Assembly: GCF_009914755.1 (NCBI RefSeq)
Contig: NC_060940.1
Strand: one strand, 5' to 3'
DNA from: the human T2T-CHM13v2.0 reference genome, Homo sapiens
DNA length: 64,000 bases
The translations under genes were made by a program, and so were the position numbers. This document shows, one piece after another, positions 57,201 to 64,000 of the stretch. The number at the start of each line of letters is the position of its first letter. Position 1 is the first letter of the stretch. The notes under the pieces are model-generated. The model was not told the DNA's origin and searched no databases. It saw nothing but the letters and a program-made list of their open reading frames with translations.

Positions 57201-60200
57201 GTCCATTTGATGATTCCATTCAATTCAAGTCAATGATGATTCCATTCGATTCCACTCGATGATTCCATTGGATTCCATTCGATGATGATTCCATTCAAAT
57301 CCATTCAATAATTCAATTCAAGTCCATTCGATGATGATTCCAATCGAATCCATTCAAAGATTCCATTCAATTCCATTCGATGATGATTCCCTTAGATTCC
57401 ATTCGATGATTCCACTTGATTCCATTTACGATGATTCCATTCTATTCCATGTGATGAATCCATTCAATTCTATTCAATGATGTTTCCATTTGATTCCATT
57501 GGACCATGATTGCCTTTGATTCCATTCAATGATTCCATTCGGTTCCATTTGATGATGATTCCGTTCGATTCCATTTCATTATTCCATTTGATTCCATTGG
57601 ATGAGTCCATTCGATTACATTCGATGATTATTCCATTCGAGTGCATTAGATGATTGCATTCGAGTCCATTCGATGATTCCATTCGATTCCATTCGATGTT
57701 GATTCTGTTCAAATCCATTCGATGATTCCACTCGATTCCATTCGATGACTCCATTTGATCCCATTCGATGATTTCCTGTGATTCCCTTTGATGATCATTC
57801 TATTTGATTCAATTCGGTGATTTCATTTCATTCCATTCAGTGATGTTTCCATTCGACTGTATTCCATGATGATTCCATTCGACTCCATTCGATTATGATT
57901 TCATTCAATTCCATTCAATAATGATTCCCTTCGAGTACATTCGATGATTCCATTCGATTCCATTCAACGATGATTTGATTCGTTTCCATTCGATGATTCC
58001 ATTGGATTCCATTCGATGATGATTCCATTCAAATCCATTCGATAATTCAATTCAAGTCCATTCAATGATGATTCCAATCGAATCCATTCAAAGATTCCAT
58101 TCAGTTCCATTCGATGATTCCCTTAGATTCCATTCGATGATTCCACTTGATTCCATTTACGATGATTCCATTCGATTCCATGTGATGATTCCATTCAATT
58201 CTATTCAATGATGTTTCCATTTGATTCCATTCGACCATGATTGCCTTTGATTCCATTCAATGATTCCATTCGGTTCCTTTTGATGATGATTCCGTTCGAT
58301 TCCATTTGATGATTCCATTTGATTCCATTGGTTGAGTCCATTCGATTACATTCGATGATTATTCCATTCGAGTGCATTAGATGATTCCATTCGAGTCCAT
58401 TCGATGATTCCATTCGATTCCATTCGATGTTGATTCTGTTCAAATCCATTCGATGATTCCACTCGATTCCATTCGATGACTCCATTTGATCCCATTCGAT
58501 GATTTCCTGTGATTCCCTTTGATGATCATTCCATTTGATTCAATTCGGTGATTTCATTTGATTCCATTCAGTGACGTTTCCATTCGACTCCATTCGATGA
58601 TGATTCCATTCGACTCCATTCGATTATGATTTCATTCAATTCCATTCGATAATGATTCCCTTCGAGTCCATTCGATGATTCCATTCGATTCCATTCAACG
58701 ATGATTTGATTCGTGTCCGTTCGATGATTCCATTTGATTCCACTTGATGATGATTCCATTCGAGTCCATTTGATGATTCCATTCAATTCCATTCTCCGAT
58801 GATTTCTTTTGAGCCCACTCAATGCTTCCACTCGATTCCATATGATGATGACTCCATTCGATGCAATTCGATGATGATTCCATTCGCTTGCTTTCGATGA
58901 TGATTCCACTTGAGTCCGTTAGAAGATTCTATTCAATTACATTCCATGACGATTCCGTTCGAGTCCATTTGATGATTCCATTAGACTCCATTCGACGATG
59001 ATTCCATTCGATGTTATTCGATGATTCCATTCGATCTCATTCGATGATGATTCCATTCAACTCCATTCGATGTTTCCATTCGAGTTCATTCTATTATTCC
59101 ATTACATTCCATTCGATGATGATTCCATTCGATTCCGTTTGATGATTGCATTCTATTTCATTTGATGATGATTCCATTCGAGTCCACTCAATGATTCCAT
59201 TCGAGTCCGTTTAATGAATCCATTGGTTTCAATTCTATGATGATTACATTGGATTCCATTCGTTGATGATTTCATTCGGTTCCATTCAATGATGATTCCA
59301 TTCAATTCCTTTCAATGTTTCCATTCAATTGCATACGATGATGCTTCCATTTGATTTGATTCGACAGTGAGCCATTCGATTCAATTCCATGATGAATCTA
59401 TTTTATTCAATTGGTTGACATTTCCATTCGATTCCATTCGATGATGATTCCCTTTGATTCCATTCAAAGATGATTCCATTCTAGCCCATTCAATCATTCC
59501 ATTCGATTCTATTCAATGATGATTCCATTCATGTCGATTTGGTGATTCCATTTGACTTCATTTGATGATGATTCCTTTCAAGTTCATTAGATGATTCCAT
59601 TCGATTCCATTTGATGATGATTCCATTCCATTCCATTCAATGATTCCATTCGATTCCGTTTGATGATGATTTCATTCGAGTCCATTTGATGATTCCATTT
59701 GATTCCATTCGATGATGATTCCATTCGGGTCCATTCGATGATTCTATTCGAATCCATTTGATGATTACTTTTGATTATATTTGGTGATGATTCCATTGGA
59801 GTCCATTCAATGATTCCATTCGATTCCAATCGATGATGATTCCATTAGAGTCCATTTAATGATTCCATTTGATTCCAGTCTCTGATGATTACATTCGAGT
59901 CCATACGATGATTCCACTCAATTCCATATGATGATGATTCCATTCGATTCCATTCGATGATTCCATTCTATTCTATTCAATGGTGATTCCATTCGAGTAC
60001 ATTAGATGATTCCATTCGATTCCATTCAATGATGATTCTATTTGTGTCCCTTAGATGGTTCCACATGATTCCATTACATGATGATACTATTTGAGCCCAT
60101 CCAATGATTCCCTTCGATTCCATTCGATGAGGATTCCATTCGATTCAATTCATTGGTGATTCTATTCAATTCAATTCTTTGATTCCATTCCATTCCATTC

Positions 60201-61004
60201 GACAATGATTCCATTCGATTTCTTTCGATGATTCCACTCGATTCCACTTGACATTGATTCCATTCGATTCCATTCAATGATTCCGTTTGATTCCAGTGGA
60301 TGATGATTGCCATCGATTCCATTCGATCACTCCATTCTATTCCATTTGATGATGATTACATTCGATTCCATTTGATGATTCCATCTGATTCTATTCGAGG
60401 ATTCCATTTGATTCCATTCGATGATGATTCCATTCGAGTCCATTCGATGATTTCATTCGAGTACATCCAATGATTCCATTCGAGTCCATTTGATGATTCC
60501 ATTTGATTCCATTTGATTATGATTCTACTAGAGTCCATTCAATGACTCCATTCGAATCCATTCATCAATTCCATTCGAGTCCATTCGATGATTCCATTTC
60601 ATGATTCCATTCGAGTCCATTTAATCATTACAGTCAAGTCCGTTTGGTGATTCCACTGGATTTCTTTTGATAATGATACCATTCAATTATATTTGATGAT
60701 GATCCCATTCAATTTCATTTGATGATGATTCCATTAGAGTCCATTCGATGATTTCATTCCAGTCCCTTCATTGATTCCATCCGATTTCATTGGATGATGA
60801 CTCCATTCGAGTTCATTCGATGATTCCACTCGATTCCATTAGATGATTCCATTGGAGTCCATTTGATTGTTCCATTCGATTCCATTCGATTCCTTTCGAA
60901 GATTATTCCATTTGAGTCCATTCGATGATGATTCCATTCCATTCCATTCGATGATTCCGTTTGATTCCATTCGATGATTCCCTTCGATTCCTTTCTTTGA
61001 TGAT
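54202..61004 (+). repeat. Nested unit 10, long form, 6803 bp
   Basis: Marker spacing 54685 to 61488, equal to 6852 minus the 49-bp deletion at ~59620. Confidence 0.9.
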
Positions 61005-64000
61005 TCCATTCCATTCCATTCAATGATTCCATTCGAATCTATTCCATGATGATTCCTTGCGATTCCATTCGCTGATGTTTCCGTTCAATTCCATTCGATG
61101 ATGATTCCATTCGATTCCATTCATTGAGGATTCCATTTGATTCCATTCAATGATGATTCCGTTCTATTCCATTCAATGATTGCATTCAATTCCATTCAAT
61201 GATTATCCCCTTAGAGTAAACTCAACGATTCCATTCAATACCATTCGATGATGATTCCTTTTGAGTCCATTCAATGATTTCATTCAAGTCCATTTGATGA
61301 TTCCTTTCAATTCCATTCTATGATGATTCCATTCGAGTCCATTCGATGATTCCATTCAATTGCATTCGATGATTCCATTATATTCCAGTCAACGATGATT
61401 CCATTCGAGTCCATTCGATGATTCCATTACAGTACATTTAATGATTGCTTTGTTTTCAATTCGAAGATGATTACATTGGATTCCATTCTATGATACCATT
61501 CGATTCCATTCAATGATGATTCCACTCAAATCCATTGGATGATTCCATTCGTGTCCGTTCGGTGATTTCATTAGATTCCATTCGAGGATGATTCCATTCG
61601 ATTCCATTCGATGATTCCATTCAATTCCATTCGATGATGATTCCATTCCAGTCCATATGATCATTCCATTTGATTTCATTCGATGATGATTCCATTCGAT
61701 TCCATTCGATGATTCCATTCTATTCCATTCGATGATGATTCCATTCGAGTCCATTCGATGATTCCATTCGAGTCCATTTAATGATTCCATTGGGTTCAAT
61801 TCAATGATGATTACATTGGATTCCGTTCTATGATTCCATTCAATTCCGTTCATTGACAATTTGATTCCATTCGATGATGATTCCATTTGAGTTCATTCGA
61901 TGATTCTATTCAATTCTCTTCGATGGTGATTCAATTCTATTATATTGGATGATTCCATTCGATTCCATTTGATGTTGATTCAATTCGATTCTATTCGATG
62001 ATGATTCCATTGGATTTCACTTGATGATTCTATTCGATTCCATTCAATGATTATTCACTTCTCGTCCATTGGATGATTCCATTTCATTCCATTCGATGAT
62101 GATTCCATTCGATTCCTTTCGATGATTCCATTTGATTCCATGCGACGGTGAGCAATTCGATTCAATTCCATGATGATTCTATTTGATTCAATTAGATGAT
62201 GTTTCCATTCGAATCCATTCCATGATTATTCCATTGGAATCCATTTGGCGATGATTCCATATGAGTCAATTCAATGATGATTCCATATGGGTCCGTTCGA
62301 TGATAATTCCATTTGATTTCATTCGATGCTTCTATTCAATTCCAGTCGATGATGATTCCGTTGGAGTCCATACGATGATTCCATTTGATTTCATTTGATG
62401 ATGATTCCATTCGATGATGATTACATTGGATTCCATTCTATGATTCCATTCAATTCCATTCGTTGATGATTCGATTCCATTCAATGATGATTCCATTTGA
62501 GTTCATTCGATGATTCTATTCGATTCCGTTCGATGGTGATTCAATTCTATTATATTGGATGATTCCACTCGATTCCATTTGATGATTATTCCATTGGAGT
62601 CCACTTAGTGAATCCTTTAGATTCTACTCGAAGATGATTCCATTCGAGTCCATTCGATGATACCATTCAATTCCATTCGTTGATGCTTTCATTCAAGTGC
62701 ATTCGATGATATCATTCGATTCCATTTGATGATAATTCCATTTGATTCCATGCAATGATTCTATTCCATTCCATTCAATGATAATTCCATTCAATTCAGT
62801 GATTCCTCTGGACTCCATTTGATGATGATTCCATTCAATGATTCCATTCGATTCTATTCGAAAATGATTCCATTTGAATCCATTTGATGATGATTCCATT
62901 AGATTCCATTTGATGATTCCATTCGATTCCATTTGATGATGATTCCATTCGATTCCATTTGATGATTCCATTCTATTCTATTCGATGATGATTCCATTCG
63001 ATTCCATTCGATGATGATTGGATTCGATTCCATTTGATGATTTCATTTGATTCCATTCGTTAATGATTTCGATCAACTCCATTCGATGATTCCATTTAAT
63101 TCCATTCGATAATGATTACATCCGAGTCCATTCGATGATTCCATTTGAGCCCGTTCGATAATTCCATTTGAGTCCAATCAATGATTCCATTCATTTCCAT
63201 TCAATGATTCCATTCGAGTCCATTTGATCATTCTGGTAGGGTCTGTTCGATGTTGATTCCATTGGAGTGCATTCGATGATTCCATTCGAGTCCATTTTAT
63301 GATTTGATTTGAGTCCTTTCGATGATTCCATTCGATTCCACTCGATGATGATTTCATTCGAGTCCATTCGACACTTCCAATCGATTCCATTTGATGTTTC
63401 CATTCGAGTCCAATTGATGATTCCATTCAATTCCATTCGATGATGATTCCGTACGATTCCATTCTGTGATGATTCCATGTGATTGCATTCAATGATGATT
63501 CCTTTCGATTGCATTCGATTATGATTCATTTCGTGTTCATTCTATGGTTCCACAGGTTTCCATTCGATGACGTTTCCGTTCGTGTCCATTCCATTATTCC
63601 ATTGTATTTCATTTGATGATGATTCCATTCGATTCCATTCATTGGTGATTCCACTCAATTCCATTCAATGATTCCATTCCATTTCTTTCAACAATGATTC
63701 CCTTAGTTTCTATTCGATGATCCACTTGATTCCATTTGGCGATGATTCCATTCGTGTCCATTCGATGATTCCATTTGATTCCATATGATGATGATTCCAT
63801 TCGATTCCATACCATGATGATTCCATTCGAGTCCATTCAATGGTGATTCCATTCAATTCCATTCGATGATTCCTTCCGATTCCATTCGATGATGATGGCA
63901 TTCGATTCCTTTCAATCATTCCCTTTGATTCCATTCAAAGGTGATTTCATTCAAGTCCATTCGATAATTGCATTCGATTCCATTCTATGATGATTCCATT
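61005..64000 (+). repeat. Nested unit 11, partial (runs off the window)
   Basis: Markers 61488, 62693, 63178 and 63639 are collinear with unit 1 at +61004. Confidence 0.9.

Larger units (their letters stand above)
1..64000 (+). repeat. Human satellite 2 (HSat2/HSATII) pericentromeric array, CATTC strand on +, probably HSat2B subfamily
   Basis: Continuous (CATTC GATTC CATTC GATGAT[GAT]TC)n with abundant TCGA and GAGTC/GATTC words from base 1 to 64000. The GATGAT interruptions distinguish it from simple (CATTC)n HSat3. The subfamily call rests on the ~6.1-kb base period and is less certain than the family call. Confidence 0.98.

Noticed and set aside
484-63934. Well over a hundred minus-strand ORFs of 60-143 aa (MESSNGIEWNH-like repeats)
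   Set aside because: They are direct translations of the (GAATG)n strand, which is poor in stop codons, whereas + has TGA in nearly every monomer. They overlap in multiple frames, are low in complexity and are freely broken or fused by indels. They are not genes.
1-64000. CRISPR-like or other repeat-spacer system
   Set aside because: There are no unique spacers between invariant repeats and no associated genes. The sequence is a continuous degenerate tandem satellite.
1-64000. HSat3, alpha satellite or telomeric repeat identity
   Set aside because: GATGAT-interrupted, TCGA-rich monomers are diagnostic of HSat2. There are no long pure (CATTC)n runs, 171-bp monomers or TTAGGG arrays.
1-64000. 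Inversions or inserted Alu/L1/other unique DNA
   Set aside because: I saw no switch to GAATG on the + strand, no poly(A) tails and no non-satellite island. All ORFs fall on one strand, consistent with uniform orientation.

Overview
The whole 64 kb window is one uninterrupted, single-orientation array of primate classical satellite 2 (HSat2/HSATII; CATTC/GATTC pentamers interrupted by GATGAT, giving 23/26-bp monomers such as CATTCGATTCCATTCGATGATGATTC). I see no credible genes, RNA genes, transposon insertions or CRISPR arrays. All supplied ORFs are minus-strand artefacts of the repeat, but they are useful positional markers. A 132-aa marker ORF recurs at 484, 7336, 11396, 18235, 24313, 28372, 35210, 45104, 47285, 54685 and 61488 (spacings 6852, 4060, 6839, 6078, 4059, 6838, 9894, 2181, 7400, 6803). 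These spacings define a kilobase-scale nested unit: a ~6.1-kb form and a ~6.8-kb form carrying an extra 731/734-bp internal tandem duplication. A ~6.1-kb unit is consistent with the HSat2B subfamily, best known from human 16q11.2; the chromosome assignment is an inference. The other unit lengths can be explained by specific homology-mediated junctions. Higher-order duplications with offsets of ~16,976, 9,581 and 46,801 bp are visible. I found no evidence of a new coding system; the interest lies in the array's layered recombination history and its periodic DUX4-type motifs. All comparisons were made by eye.
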